In this document: piece after piece, positions 7,880 through 17,068 of the stretch
Layout: every line of letters begins with the position of its first letter
Position numbering within the stretch: the stretch's first letter is position 1
Virus record (IMG/VR): IMGVR_UViG_3300043787_000133
Location: 3,667-67,666 of that record
DNA from: a virus
DNA: 64,000 bases
Strand: one strand, 5' to 3'
The notes under the pieces: generated by a model
The model's database searches: none
Told to the model about the DNA's origin: nothing
What the model saw: only the letters and a program-made list of their open reading frames with translations
Program-made: the position numbers and the translations under genes

Positions 7880-7960
7880 GACGAGAGCCCCTTCAGTGAT
7901 CGGTTGGCACCAACCACTGTAGGGGCTCTCTTAGCTTTTTTCACTAACCCATCTGGTTAG

Positions 7961-8989
7961 CTATAAGCTTTTCGTGATGCTGGCGAGGCCGCGCGGATTG
8001 AGGATCGACATCGCGATCATCTCATCGAAGACCCAGCCCTTCCAGAACGCCTCGACGTTGTGGTTTTCCTCGACGTCGAGACTGTAAAGAACCGGAAAAA
8101 CTCCGAGGAAATTCGGTTCGGGCGCGAGGAAGATCTTGGCCTGCGGGACGATGATGCTTCGCTGGATCTGGAACTCGCCGAAGCTCGTGATGGTCTCGCC
8201 CGCGACGACCCGGTCCTTGAACGCCCAGCCGGTCTGGTTGATGTCCCACCGGAACATGTCCCGGTAGTCGAACGGGTTGATCAGGATGCGGGCCGACGGC
8301 AGCTCGTGCAGGTCGGTCATCGCGACCGCGCTGTAGAGCGAGCCCGGGGTCAGGTAGCCCGACGCCTCGGTGATGTTGTGGTTCGGGGTGACCACGTGGT
8401 CGGGGCGCGTCGCGTAGTCGGTGATCGCCGCCTGGAGCAGCACCAGGAGCCGGGCGTCCTCCTGCTTGAGGATCGCCTGCTTGGTCTCGTCCTGAGCCTG
8501 CTCGACCGCGTTGATCCGGAGGTAGAACAGGTCTTCCTTGCGGAGGGCGGGCCGGGAGGCGATCCGGAAGAACCGCACGGGGATGCGCTTGCCCTCGAAC
8601 GGGGTCACCCGGACCTCGCCCTCGGTGCCGGACAAGATGTAAGCCTGGCCGAGGTCGTCCCAGACGTCGTACTCGACGGGGGTGCCCGGGGTGACCGGGT
8701 CCTCGACGAGCACGTTCCGGACGATGCCCTGGTACCGGAGCTTGAGCTGGATGGGGCCGACCATCCCCACGCCCAGGCGGCGGAAGCCGTGCATCTCGTC
8801 GCTGAGGATGAGCGCCATCTTCCGGACCTTGGCCTCCCGGGTAAGGGAGACGCCGTTGTTCCGGCTGCGCCGAGCCTCGATCTGCGCTACGTAGTCGTCG
8901 GACTTCCTGCTTGCCACGCGGGGGCGCAGGCCGCCGCCGGGAGCCAGCGCCAGTTGCCCGCCGGCCGAAGTGGTCGCCAGCTCGCTCAT
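7961..8989 (-). CDS. major capsid protein (Bxz1/cluster C-like)
   Basis: MVGPIQLKLRYQGIVRNVLVED, FFRIASRP, AILKQED, ILNPRGL motifs; follows protease and decoration genes. Confidence 0.9.
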   Translation of the reverse strand: MSELATTSAGGQLALAPGGGLRPRVASRKSDDYVAQIEARRSRNNGVSLTREAKVRKMALILSDEMHGFRRLGVGMVGPIQLKLRYQGIVRNVLVEDPVTPGTPVEYDVWDDLGQAYILSGTEGEVRVTPFEGKRIPVRFFRIASRPALRKEDLFYLRINAVEQAQDETKQAILKQEDARLLVLLQAAITDYATRPDHVVTPNHNITEASGYLTPGSLYSAVAMTDLHELPSARILINPFDYRDMFRWDINQTGWAFKDRVVAGETITSFGEFQIQRSIIVPQAKIFLAPEPNFLGVFPVLYSLDVEENHNVEAFWKGWVFDEMIAMSILNPRGLASITKSL

Positions 8990-9034
8990 GGGTTTCCTTT
9001 CCTGCTTTCCCGCGTGTTCCTGGTGCTTCCGGGC

Positions 9035-9385
9035 TTAACTCGGGGTGACGTCGGTAGTCTGTTCGCCCGTGACGCACGTGATCTTCACGCCATGGGTGGT
9101 TGCTAGGCCGGGACCCCAATTGACTCCCTCGGCCCAGGTCTTGACGGCGCTAAGCAGGGACGGAACCACGTCCGCGTAGTCGCTGATGGTTGCGCCGAGA
9201 AGCGCGTTGGTGCCTTCCCCGGCGGCAGGATCGTAAGTAGTCAGCGCCGGCGACCCAGAGGAGGAAAACCCGTCCTGAGAGCCGGGAACGGCAGCTAGCC
9301 AGAAGCCGACGTCGGCACCGCCCAGGTTGATGGAAACCAGGTATGCGGGGTACCCGACTGGCTCGCCGCCGTTGAAGAGGGCCAT
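9035..9385 (-). CDS. hypothetical protein between decoration and capsid genes
   Basis: 116-aa ORF with ATG after AAGGG; more relaxed codon usage than neighbours. Confidence 0.6.
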   Translation of the reverse strand: MALFNGGEPVGYPAYLVSINLGGADVGFWLAAVPGSQDGFSSSGSPALTTYDPAAGEGTNALLGATISDYADVVPSLLSAVKTWAEGVNWGPGLATTHGVKITCVTGEQTTDVTPS

Positions 9386-9399
9386 GTTCAGTGCCCTTC

Positions 9400-10038
9400 T
9401 TAGTCCCGGCCTGCGTTGCTGTTGGCCGTGAGCTGGGCTGCCGCGTACGGGGTAAGGCCGCCGATGGTGATCTTGGTAGAGCTGTTGACCTTCAGCAGTC
9501 TTGCCACTGGGGCGGTTGCTGTGGCTGATCCCGCGCCCGTCACCGGGATGAGCATCCCCTGGTTGGACCCGGCAGTGGAAACGGCGACCAGCGCCGCGCC
9601 GGAGCCGTCGGACGGGTCCGTCCACGTCTGGGTGGCGTCGAAGGCGGGAGCCAGGATCTCGAACTCCGCGTCGGGGCCGAGGACCCACACCGCGAAGGCG
9701 TTGATGCCCGCGTAGAGCAGCTCGTCGATCCCGTCGCCTCCGACGTACAAGGCCCCGAGCCCGTAGACGGGGACGGAGTTCTGCGTCAGGGTGCCAGTGC
9801 CCGCGTTCCCCGTGTAGGCGGTGCCGGTCATCGTCTTGGAGCCCATCTGGGTGCTGTTCGCGCCCGCCAGGGTCACCAGGTCGCCGCCCGTGCGGACGAA
9901 GCCCATACCCGGCCAGATCGGCACCGCGCGGGTCCAGGCGGGGTCGAGGAAGCACGACTTCGGGGTCGCCTGCGTCCACGAGTAAAGGGGCCTGATCGTG
10001 CGCTTAACATAATCGTTGCTGAGATAAGTACGGATCAT
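9400..10038 (-). CDS. capsid decoration protein (Bxz1-like)
   Basis: KRTIRPLY...QATP..FLDP, IWPGM, GIDE, AEFEILAPAFD; position upstream of capsid gene. Confidence 0.8.
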   Translation of the reverse strand: MIRTYLSNDYVKRTIRPLYSWTQATPKSCFLDPAWTRAVPIWPGMGFVRTGGDLVTLAGANSTQMGSKTMTGTAYTGNAGTGTLTQNSVPVYGLGALYVGGDGIDELLYAGINAFAVWVLGPDAEFEILAPAFDATQTWTDPSDGSGAALVAVSTAGSNQGMLIPVTGAGSATATAPVARLLKVNSSTKITIGGLTPYAAAQLTANSNAGRD

Positions 10039-10181
10039 GGCCGTTAATCCCCTCCATCTGTGCTGGTCAAAGCTCCGACCATGGATAGAGCGGCCGGATG
10101 ATCCGCTTTAGAACCGTTCCCTGTAAAACGAACAATTCGTCCGCTTGATGTGTTTAGAACGCATCTGCTAGTGTCATTCTC

Positions 10182-11054
10182 ATGACCGAGCAGAAGACCT
10201 GTGGATGCGAGCCGGGATGTCTCGTCCCTTACGGGGAGTGCCACTGCGGGTGCGGGGAGAAGACCAGCATCGTCACTCACACGGCTCGTGCCCGAGGGCA
10301 GATCGCCGGACAGCCCATGAAGTTCATCCGGGGCCATGCACGCGGCACCCACCACGGGCTCAGCGAAATCGACGAGGAGAACCGAACCGCCGTTTGCTCC
10401 CGGTGCGGCGAGGTTGTCGTCAAGCGAGACGGAGACAAGTGGAAGTGCACCGCCAAGCCCCAGGCCCGGCACCGCCTCACCCAGGTTGATTCCGAGGCCC
10501 GTACCGCCTGGTGCGGAGCCTGCAAGCAGACCGTCGATATCGTCCGGCACAAGCGAGAGGGAGAGCGGCAGGGAAAGAACTGGCTGTGCGGACCCGAGAG
10601 CCGCCGCCGCGCCCAGGCCTACAAGGACGCCAACCGAGAGAAGATCCGCTCGGACCACCGCGCCTGGCGCGAGAGCAATGCCGAGCACGTCCGGAACGAG
10701 CACCTGCTCCGGAGCTACGGCATTACCCTGACCCGGTACAACGACATGCTCGCCGCCCAGGGGGGCGGCTGCTATATCTGCCAGGCTCCCCCGCCCGGTG
10801 CCGCCGCCCGCAAGAAGTTCCTGCACGTCGATCACGACCACGCTTGCTGCCCTGGCCCCAAGAGCTGCGGGAAGTGCGTCCGCTTCCTGCTCTGCGACAA
10901 GTGCAACGTCGGACTCGGGTCGTTCTCCGACGACCCGCTCCGCATGGCTAAGGCCATCATCGCCCTGAAGCCGGACTCCGCCACCATCAACGAGATCATC
11001 AAGAGGCTGGAGTGGTTCCGGGACGTGCGCGATTACGCCCTGGCGGCTAAGTAG
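10182..11054 (+). CDS. endonuclease VII family homing endonuclease
   Basis: YGIT...Y...L..QGG.C.IC...LHVDHDH...VRFLLC.KCN.GLG; leaderless (-10 TAGTGT). Confidence 0.9.
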   Translation: MTEQKTCGCEPGCLVPYGECHCGCGEKTSIVTHTARARGQIAGQPMKFIRGHARGTHHGLSEIDEENRTAVCSRCGEVVVKRDGDKWKCTAKPQARHRLTQVDSEARTAWCGACKQTVDIVRHKREGERQGKNWLCGPESRRRAQAYKDANREKIRSDHRAWRESNAEHVRNEHLLRSYGITLTRYNDMLAAQGGGCYICQAPPPGAAARKKFLHVDHDHACCPGPKSCGKCVRFLLCDKCNVGLGSFSDDPLRMAKAIIALKPDSATINEIIKRLEWFRDVRDYALAAK

Positions 11055-11133
11055 CCCGGTCGTCATCGTGCACCTCCTCGGGTTCATCAGGTCTCTGCTA
11101 TTCCTTCTGGGGCTGCGGGCGCAAAAGGCGTCG

Positions 11134-11484
11134 TCATGTCAGCGATGTGGTGTCGGAGGAGAAAAGCGCGCTCAGGGCCGAGTGGGGTACCAGCCCGTAC
11201 TCGGCGTCCGACAGCACCACGACGTCGCCCGCGTCGTAGCGCAGGCCGTTGGGCAGGACCACGTTGCTCAGCCCCGCCGCGATGGTCACCTGATGGCTCA
11301 CCGTTCCCCCCAGGTAGCCGCTGCTGGTCGCCCCCGACACCGCTGCCAGCACGTCTTTCGCCTCGGCCGTCAGCAGCCCGAACTCCGCGTCGGTGAGCGT
11401 GAAGGCGCTCTCCGCCGCGTACCGGATGCCGTTCGGCATCACGATCGAGTCGGTGCCGGAGCTGACGGTCAGGGCGTAGGTCAT
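11134..11484 (-). CDS. small head-associated protein with internal duplication
   Basis: TGATG-coupled to protease gene; two V.(M/L)PNG.RY...L.DAE.GL repeats. Confidence 0.75.
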   Translation of the reverse strand: MTYALTVSSGTDSIVMPNGIRYAAESAFTLTDAEFGLLTAEAKDVLAAVSGATSSGYLGGTVSHQVTIAAGLSNVVLPNGLRYDAGDVVVLSDAEYGLVPHSALSALFSSDTTSLT

Positions 11485-14400
11485 CAGTCGAAGATGTCCG
11501 AGGCGTCCAGGTCGTCGGCTGCGGCCGGCGCGTACTGGGAGGAGGCCCCCACCGAGGCGAGCGACGGCACCGCGCGGGCCGCCGTGCGCTGCTGCGGGCG
11601 CTGCGGCTGGGCGGCGCGCATCATCCCGGCGCGGCCGACCTGCTCCAGGGTGGCGATCTCGTGCTCGATCATCGGCGTGGAGAAGGAAGCGTCCCGCTCG
11701 ATGCGCTCGGCGACCGACAGCTCCTCGCCCTGGGCGAGCCCGGCCTGCACCCGCATCTTCGCCAGCCGGATCGCGGCGAAGGTGCGCCGCGACGCGGCCC
11801 CCTCGTCGGGGGCAGCCAGGTAGCTGCCGCCGTGAAGCGCGGCCGAGCGCGTCCCCTGGCCGGTCCGGGCGGACATGACGCTGCCGCCGGCCCCGCCCTG
11901 CTGCTGGTCGGGCATCCGGGCGTCGAGCACCCACGGGAACGCCGAGCCGTTGTCGCCCTGGCCGCCGATCCCCGGGCCGTGCGCCTTGAGCGGGTCGGGG
12001 TCGATCCGGACGTCGGTCTCGATGCGCCGCTGCTCCAGCGGGACGCCGCCGTCCTGGCTGGGGTTGGTGCCCTGCACCGGGGCGGTCACGTCGATCAGGT
12101 TGGTCGCCGGGGGCGTCTGCACCTCCACGCCCGGGGTGATCGGGGTGGTGGTCTGCATCGCCGGCACCCGCGAGTTCGCGCCCGGGGTCGTCCCGGGGCG
12201 TCCCGCGTTGTCCATGGACTCCGGCTGGAGCGCCTGCTCGGTCGTCTCCGTCGGCGGGGCCTGCGGGGGGTCGGGCACCGGGCTGGCGGGGTTGAGGATG
12301 TCCGCGTGGCGGCGCAGCACCTGGCGGCCGACCTCGGCCAGCTCCCGGTCGATCCCCGCAGCGGAAGCGAGGAACCGGAGCTGCGCCGACAGGACATCGT
12401 TCTGCGCGCTCAGCTCGGCGATGCGGCGCGCCTGGGCCTGAGCGAGCGCACTTGCCGTCTTGCGGTCTGGCATTTCCTGGTCCTCGTCTTCCTCGTCCTC
12501 TTCGTCCTCGGGTTCCTCGCCCTCGGCAGACGGGTCTTCTGCTCCTTCCGGGGGTGCCGCGCCGTCCTCGTCCTCTCCGGCCTCCAGGCCGGCGGGGTCC
12601 TCGTCGATCGGGTGGAGCGCGGCCATGCCGCAGGCGGGGCACGGGACGCCAGGCTGGGCCGCCCCGTCGGTCTCGAAGGTGGTCCCGCAGGCGGGGCAGA
12701 TCAGGTCCTCCGGCCCGGCGTCGTCGTCGAGGGGAGGCTCTCCCTCCTCGTCGTCGGGCGGGACCTCGCCGTCTTCCTCCTGCTCCTCCTCGGCCAGCTC
12801 CTCGTCGTCCTGCGGCGGCTGCCCGTCGAACCCCTCCGGGCCGCCCTCGCCGCCCTGCACGGTCGGTACGCCGTCGGGCGCGATCTGGTCGGGGTGCACG
12901 AGCTGGTCGTCGGCGTCCTCGCCCGACCCGATCTGGGCGGCGGGGAGCGCGCCGTCCGGCTGCCCCTGGTCCGCGCCGTCCGGCGGGATCTCGACGTCGC
13001 CCGTGTCGTCGAGCTGCTCGCGGACCTCCTGCGCCTTGCTGGTGTCGGGGTCCCGGAAGACGCTCGGGGGGACCACGAAGCCGCAGACTGGGCAGCGGGA
13101 CCCGGACCACACGTTGTGCTCCCCGCAGACCGGGCACTCGTCCATCCGCAGGGTGTCCACCTGCGGCGGCATCCGGGTCTCGCCGTAGGCGAGCTTCGAG
13201 GACATCGAGCTGCGCACCCGGTCGTCGTACCTGTTCCAGTCGCGGGAGCGGCCCCCGGTGCCCTGCACGGTGTCCCGCGCCTGGGCGGGGCTCATGTAGC
13301 CGGGCAGCGCGGTGTCGTCGCCGTGGCCCTGGACCTTGCCGGCGCAGTCCTGGCACATCATCGGCACGCTCCGGCTGACCGCCTTGCCCCCGGGGTTGCC
13401 CGGGTGGGCGAGCGGCTGGCCGCACAGCGCGCAGTGGGTCCCGCCGATGGGCCACGGCTCGCGGGGCGGCGGCGCTGGCTCGTCCTTCGCGCCGTGGTAG
13501 TGCATGTTCTCCTCCGGGATGCCGCCGGGGTGGTGCTGGTGGTGGTGCTCCACCCACCGCCTGCGGCTGTTGTCGCCCATCTGGACGCGGCCCTTGCCGC
13601 CCGCGCCCTTAGCGCCCGAGGAGTCCTCCTCGGCGTTCTTGCGGACCTGGCGCAGCCAGGTGGCCGCCTGCACCTGGTGGGGGCTGATCTCCCGCCCGTT
13701 CTTGGCGGACAGGTAGCGGGCCGCCACCCGGTAGGCGCGGGAGACGTGCTCGTAGTGCTGCGGCTGGCTGATCGGCATCTTGTCGGTGTCGGAGTCGGTG
13801 AGCCGCTTGCCGGTGGCGACGGACATGGCGTGCCGGTCGATGACGACGCGCCGGCTGCCGGTGCGCTTGTCCTCCTCGCTGTCGCCGCCGTGCTCGATCA
13901 GGTGCGCGAACGCGGCGGTCTTAGGCGCGGTGAGGACCTTGGAGTGGTGCTCGCCGCCCAGGATGCGGATCGCCTTGCGCTGGTGGTCGCCGAGCGCGCC
14001 CGTGCCGGGGCCGGGCGGGTCCCCCTGGGCCGCGCGGCTGGCGTTGAACATGTTGACCGGCCACAGGGTGCGCGGGCTGTAGGCGGACAGCAGGCCCGCG
14101 CCGAGGGCCGCGTCGCCCTTGCCGATCAGCTTGGCGACGTGGTGGGCGTCGGAGTACCAGCGGTCGCCCAGCGCCCGCTCGTCGTCGGTGGAGTCCTCGT
14201 AGGCGTGCACGATGTGCCGGGCGGACACCGGGTGGTTCATGAACCACGGGTGCTCCCGCGACGGCTTGCGCGCCGCGCCGGTCGCCCGGATCTCCTCGAT
14301 CTCCGAGTCCGGGATGTCGTCGGCCGTGGGGTAGGAGTCGCTTCTCGACCTATGAGTGCTGTTGTGCACGTAAAACCCGTTCCGGTCCTTCTTGAGGCCC

Positions 14401-15662
14401 ACGCCGTCGAAGCGCGGGTCCCGGCCGTGGCCCCTCACCGGCTTGCCCTGCGGCCTCCTGCGCCGGGCGGCGAGGAACGGGTCCGGCGGCATCCGGTCCT
14501 CGTCCCCCCGGGGGCGCTGCGGCAGCGGGTGCCCGCTGAGCTGCTCGAACTGGGAGTGCAGGCGGTCGCGCACCACCTGGCGCGCCTGGTCCCGGGCCGC
14601 CTTCTGGGCGGTGATCGAGTCGTAGACCGCCCGCGTGTCCCCGGGGACGGCCAGGTGGTCGCGCTTCATCCCGTCGGCGTGGTGGAAGCCGCCGCCGGGC
14701 CTGTCGAGGGCGTTCAGGTTGATGCTCACCGGCTCGCCGCACGCCAGGCAGCGCCCGGCGCTGAACGTCGGGTCCTCCGCCACGCGCCGCCTGTCCGACG
14801 GGTCTGAGGGGACGGCCTCGTGGCCCATGTCGGCGTTGTGTCGGTGCGTCCACGGGTAGCGGCCCGTGCGCTCGCGCCCGGCGGAGTAGCTGACCGGCTT
14901 CCCGCACTCGGTGCACGGGTTGGCGACGTGATCGCGGAAGTCGGGCTCGGCCGCTGCGGTCCTCGCGGCGGCCTTCGCCATGCCCCGGGCGTCCGGCTCG
15001 CCAAGCAGGTACGCGGTCGGGTCGGCCGGGTCCTCCACCAGGAGGCTGTTCTCGAAGAAGCTCAGGCCCGCGCAGATCTCGTGGATCAGCTTCTCTTCGA
15101 CCTTGCCCGTGCGCTGGTTGCGCTGGCGGATCTTCTTGCCCTTCATGGCGGGCAGGTGCTTGCAGTACTCGGCCGGGCTGGTGGCCTTGTTCCCGCAGGC
15201 CGAGCAGGTGGACCAGTCCACGTCCACGCCCATGCTGGTGCGGTTCACCCGGCCCGCGAGGATCGCCTGGGCGAGTTTCGGGAACCGGACCGCGTCGACC
15301 TCCATCAGGCCTTCCACCCAGGTGTCGGGGGTGCCGTCGCCGTTGCGGTCCCGGTGCAGGGCGACGGCGACGATGACGCCCCGCGCCCGGCGGTGGTTGG
15401 CGTTGTGGTGGTTGACGAACACCGGCTTGCCGAGGAACGAGTGGTAGCCCTTCTCGATCTCGCCGGCGGGGAAGGTGTCGTGGTTGTCGTTGGTCCGGCT
15501 GGAGATCATCCGGGAGCGGACGTACAGGTAGCCGGGCCTGGGCTCGTAGTCGAAGGCCACGCGGTGGGCCGTCTTCCCGATCCGCCCGGCCCCCTCGCGG
15601 ATGCCTCCGGGGCGCGGCTGCCGCCACGCCTCCAGCACCTCCAGCGACGCATACTTCCGCAC
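11484..15662 (-). CDS. prohead (capsid maturation) protease/scaffold polyprotein with inserted domains
   Basis: N-terminal ISSRTNDNHD.F, F.GKPVFVNHHN, TSMG, CSACGN, FFENS...EDPAD; acidic and Pro-rich scaffold-like C-terminus; upstream of decoration and capsid genes. Confidence 0.8.
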   Translation of the reverse strand: MRKYASLEVLEAWRQPRPGGIREGAGRIGKTAHRVAFDYEPRPGYLYVRSRMISSRTNDNHDTFPAGEIEKGYHSFLGKPVFVNHHNANHRRARGVIVAVALHRDRNGDGTPDTWVEGLMEVDAVRFPKLAQAILAGRVNRTSMGVDVDWSTCSACGNKATSPAEYCKHLPAMKGKKIRQRNQRTGKVEEKLIHEICAGLSFFENSLLVEDPADPTAYLLGEPDARGMAKAAARTAAAEPDFRDHVANPCTECGKPVSYSAGRERTGRYPWTHRHNADMGHEAVPSDPSDRRRVAEDPTFSAGRCLACGEPVSINLNALDRPGGGFHHADGMKRDHLAVPGDTRAVYDSITAQKAARDQARQVVRDRLHSQFEQLSGHPLPQRPRGDEDRMPPDPFLAARRRRPQGKPVRGHGRDPRFDGVGLKKDRNGFYVHNSTHRSRSDSYPTADDIPDSEIEEIRATGAARKPSREHPWFMNHPVSARHIVHAYEDSTDDERALGDRWYSDAHHVAKLIGKGDAALGAGLLSAYSPRTLWPVNMFNASRAAQGDPPGPGTGALGDHQRKAIRILGGEHHSKVLTAPKTAAFAHLIEHGGDSEEDKRTGSRRVVIDRHAMSVATGKRLTDSDTDKMPISQPQHYEHVSRAYRVAARYLSAKNGREISPHQVQAATWLRQVRKNAEEDSSGAKGAGGKGRVQMGDNSRRRWVEHHHQHHPGGIPEENMHYHGAKDEPAPPPREPWPIGGTHCALCGQPLAHPGNPGGKAVSRSVPMMCQDCAGKVQGHGDDTALPGYMSPAQARDTVQGTGGRSRDWNRYDDRVRSSMSSKLAYGETRMPPQVDTLRMDECPVCGEHNVWSGSRCPVCGFVVPPSVFRDPDTSKAQEVREQLDDTGDVEIPPDGADQGQPDGALPAAQIGSGEDADDQLVHPDQIAPDGVPTVQGGEGGPEGFDGQPPQDDEELAEEEQEEDGEVPPDDEEGEPPLDDDAGPEDLICPACGTTFETDGAAQPGVPCPACGMAALHPIDEDPAGLEAGEDEDGAAPPEGAEDPSAEGEEPEDEEDEEDEDQEMPDRKTASALAQAQARRIAELSAQNDVLSAQLRFLASAAGIDRELAEVGRQVLRRHADILNPASPVPDPPQAPPTETTEQALQPESMDNAGRPGTTPGANSRVPAMQTTTPITPGVEVQTPPATNLIDVTAPVQGTNPSQDGGVPLEQRRIETDVRIDPDPLKAHGPGIGGQGDNGSAFPWVLDARMPDQQQGGAGGSVMSARTGQGTRSAALHGGSYLAAPDEGAASRRTFAAIRLAKMRVQAGLAQGEELSVAERIERDASFSTPMIEHEIATLEQVGRAGMMRAAQPQRPQQRTAARAVPSLASVGASSQYAPAAADDLDASDIFD

Positions 15663-15721
15663 GGGTCCTCCCGGTCTGCTCTCCTCTCTTCCGGGGCAGC
15701 CGGGCCAACTCTGTTGAGCAA

Positions 15722-15738
15722 TACAGCTTTTCTTGATA
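15722..15738 (+). promoter_or_regulatory. 17-bp phage motif in promoter TTGAGC-17-TATTGT
   Basis: exact motif in the -35/-10 spacer. Confidence 0.85.
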
Positions 15739-15794
15739 TTGTTGGCTCAGCGAACGCAGAGAAGCTGGTTAAGCAGGGATGATGAGGAGAAGAC

Positions 15795-16379
15795 ATGGGA
15801 CTCGTAGTGGGCACCAGCATGAGCACCGGGCAGATGGCGGCGGAGGTCGCCCGGGTCGCGGCGGGCAAGCAGCACCGCCTCGCCGCTTACCTGGTGGACG
15901 GGAGCCACCCGATCAACCCGGCGCAGTACGAGGGGATCATGCGGCACCTCAGCGGGTGCCGGGACCTGCCAGGGTCAAGGGTCACGGAGGAGAACATGGG
16001 GCGTGCGCGCGCCGGCGCCGAGGCGGAGGCGGCCTGCTCCCGCGATCACGTCGCCGACATCACGGCCGGCTTCTACGCCACGCCGTCAAGGACCGGGAAC
16101 AACGACCTGGACTTCTGGAAGGTGACCGAGGGCCGCAAGCCCGGCGTCCGCTTCGCCAAGCGGGTCATCGGCGGCGGCGACACCAAGTACCCCAGGCTGG
16201 TCGAGATCTCCCAGCAGGAGCAGAGGACGGCCCTCGGCGCTATCCTCCGGGCAGGCATCCCCGAATCGGCGAATATGTACGCGGACAACCAGGAACGGTG
16301 CATGAAGTGCGGAATCCACCTCACCGACGACGAGTCCCGGGCGGCCAGGATGGGGCCGGTGTGCCGGGGCGACAGGTGA
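15795..16379 (+). CDS. DUF6011-type zinc-ribbon protein
   Basis: C-terminal CMKCG..LTDDESRA..MGPVC; RBS GAGGAG. Confidence 0.75.
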   Translation: MGLVVGTSMSTGQMAAEVARVAAGKQHRLAAYLVDGSHPINPAQYEGIMRHLSGCRDLPGSRVTEENMGRARAGAEAEAACSRDHVADITAGFYATPSRTGNNDLDFWKVTEGRKPGVRFAKRVIGGGDTKYPRLVEISQQEQRTALGAILRAGIPESANMYADNQERCMKCGIHLTDDESRAARMGPVCRGDR

Positions 16380-17068
16380 ACAACTGGGACTTGTCGGCGG
16401 CCCTCCTCGCCGCAGCCGTCCTCGTGCTGGCCATGCCGCGCGAGGACGGCTTCCTCATTCCCGAGCGCAGGGACTGGTTCGGTTGGCTGCGGCGGATGAA
16501 GCCCGGGTCGCGGCGCAGGCGCGAGGAGGCAGGCGGCTACGAGGCCGAGCGCTACGTCACCGACCTGCGCACCGACCGGGACCAGGACCCGATGACCATC
16601 CGGCAGGACCAGCTCCCCGTCATGAGCAGGGTCTACCGGGGGCCGCTGATCAGCCCCCCGACGGACCAGAAGCCGCCGTGGAAGACGTCCGAGAATCCCG
16701 CGTGGACCACGGGCGCCAGCCGGGTACCCGGGCAGGAGGAGCCGCAGGAACTCCCGGTGCAACGGCCGCGCAGGCGCGCCCCCGGCGACCCGCCGACGAT
16801 CGTAGTCGAGATCATGCGGCCGGCCGTCGAGGGCGACCTGGGGACTTACCTGGCGCAGCTCCCGGCCTACACCGACGAGGACTGGTCAGCCGGAGACCTC
16901 TTCGTCCCGCACTCTGCCCTGCCGCTGGGTACGCCAGATCATGAGGGTCCTCCACACGACGTTCAGGGTAACCAGGGCCAGGAAGACGATCTGGCTCCAT
17001 TCCAGCCCCGAGTCAGTGACGTGGAATGTCAGGAAGAGCCAGGAGGGGAAGAGCGTCCCGGCTATTGA
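16376..17068 (+). CDS. hypothetical protein with N-terminal hydrophobic segment
   Basis: GTGA-coupled; 3' end overlaps the convergent membrane gene. Confidence 0.5.
   Translation: MNNWDLSAALLAAAVLVLAMPREDGFLIPERRDWFGWLRRMKPGSRRRREEAGGYEAERYVTDLRTDRDQDPMTIRQDQLPVMSRVYRGPLISPPTDQKPPWKTSENPAWTTGASRVPGQEEPQELPVQRPRRRAPGDPPTIVVEIMRPAVEGDLGTYLAQLPAYTDEDWSAGDLFVPHSALPLGTPDHEGPPHDVQGNQGQEDDLAPFQPRVSDVECQEEPGGEERPGY

Noticed and set aside
7106-7975. Group I intron in the capsid gene
   Set aside because: Only about 80 nt of non-coding sequence, too short for a ribozyme core, and the capsid ORF is already complete
11661-14807. 1048-aa plus-strand ORF
   Set aside because: Antisense shadow of the GC3-rich protease gene; no RBS or motifs
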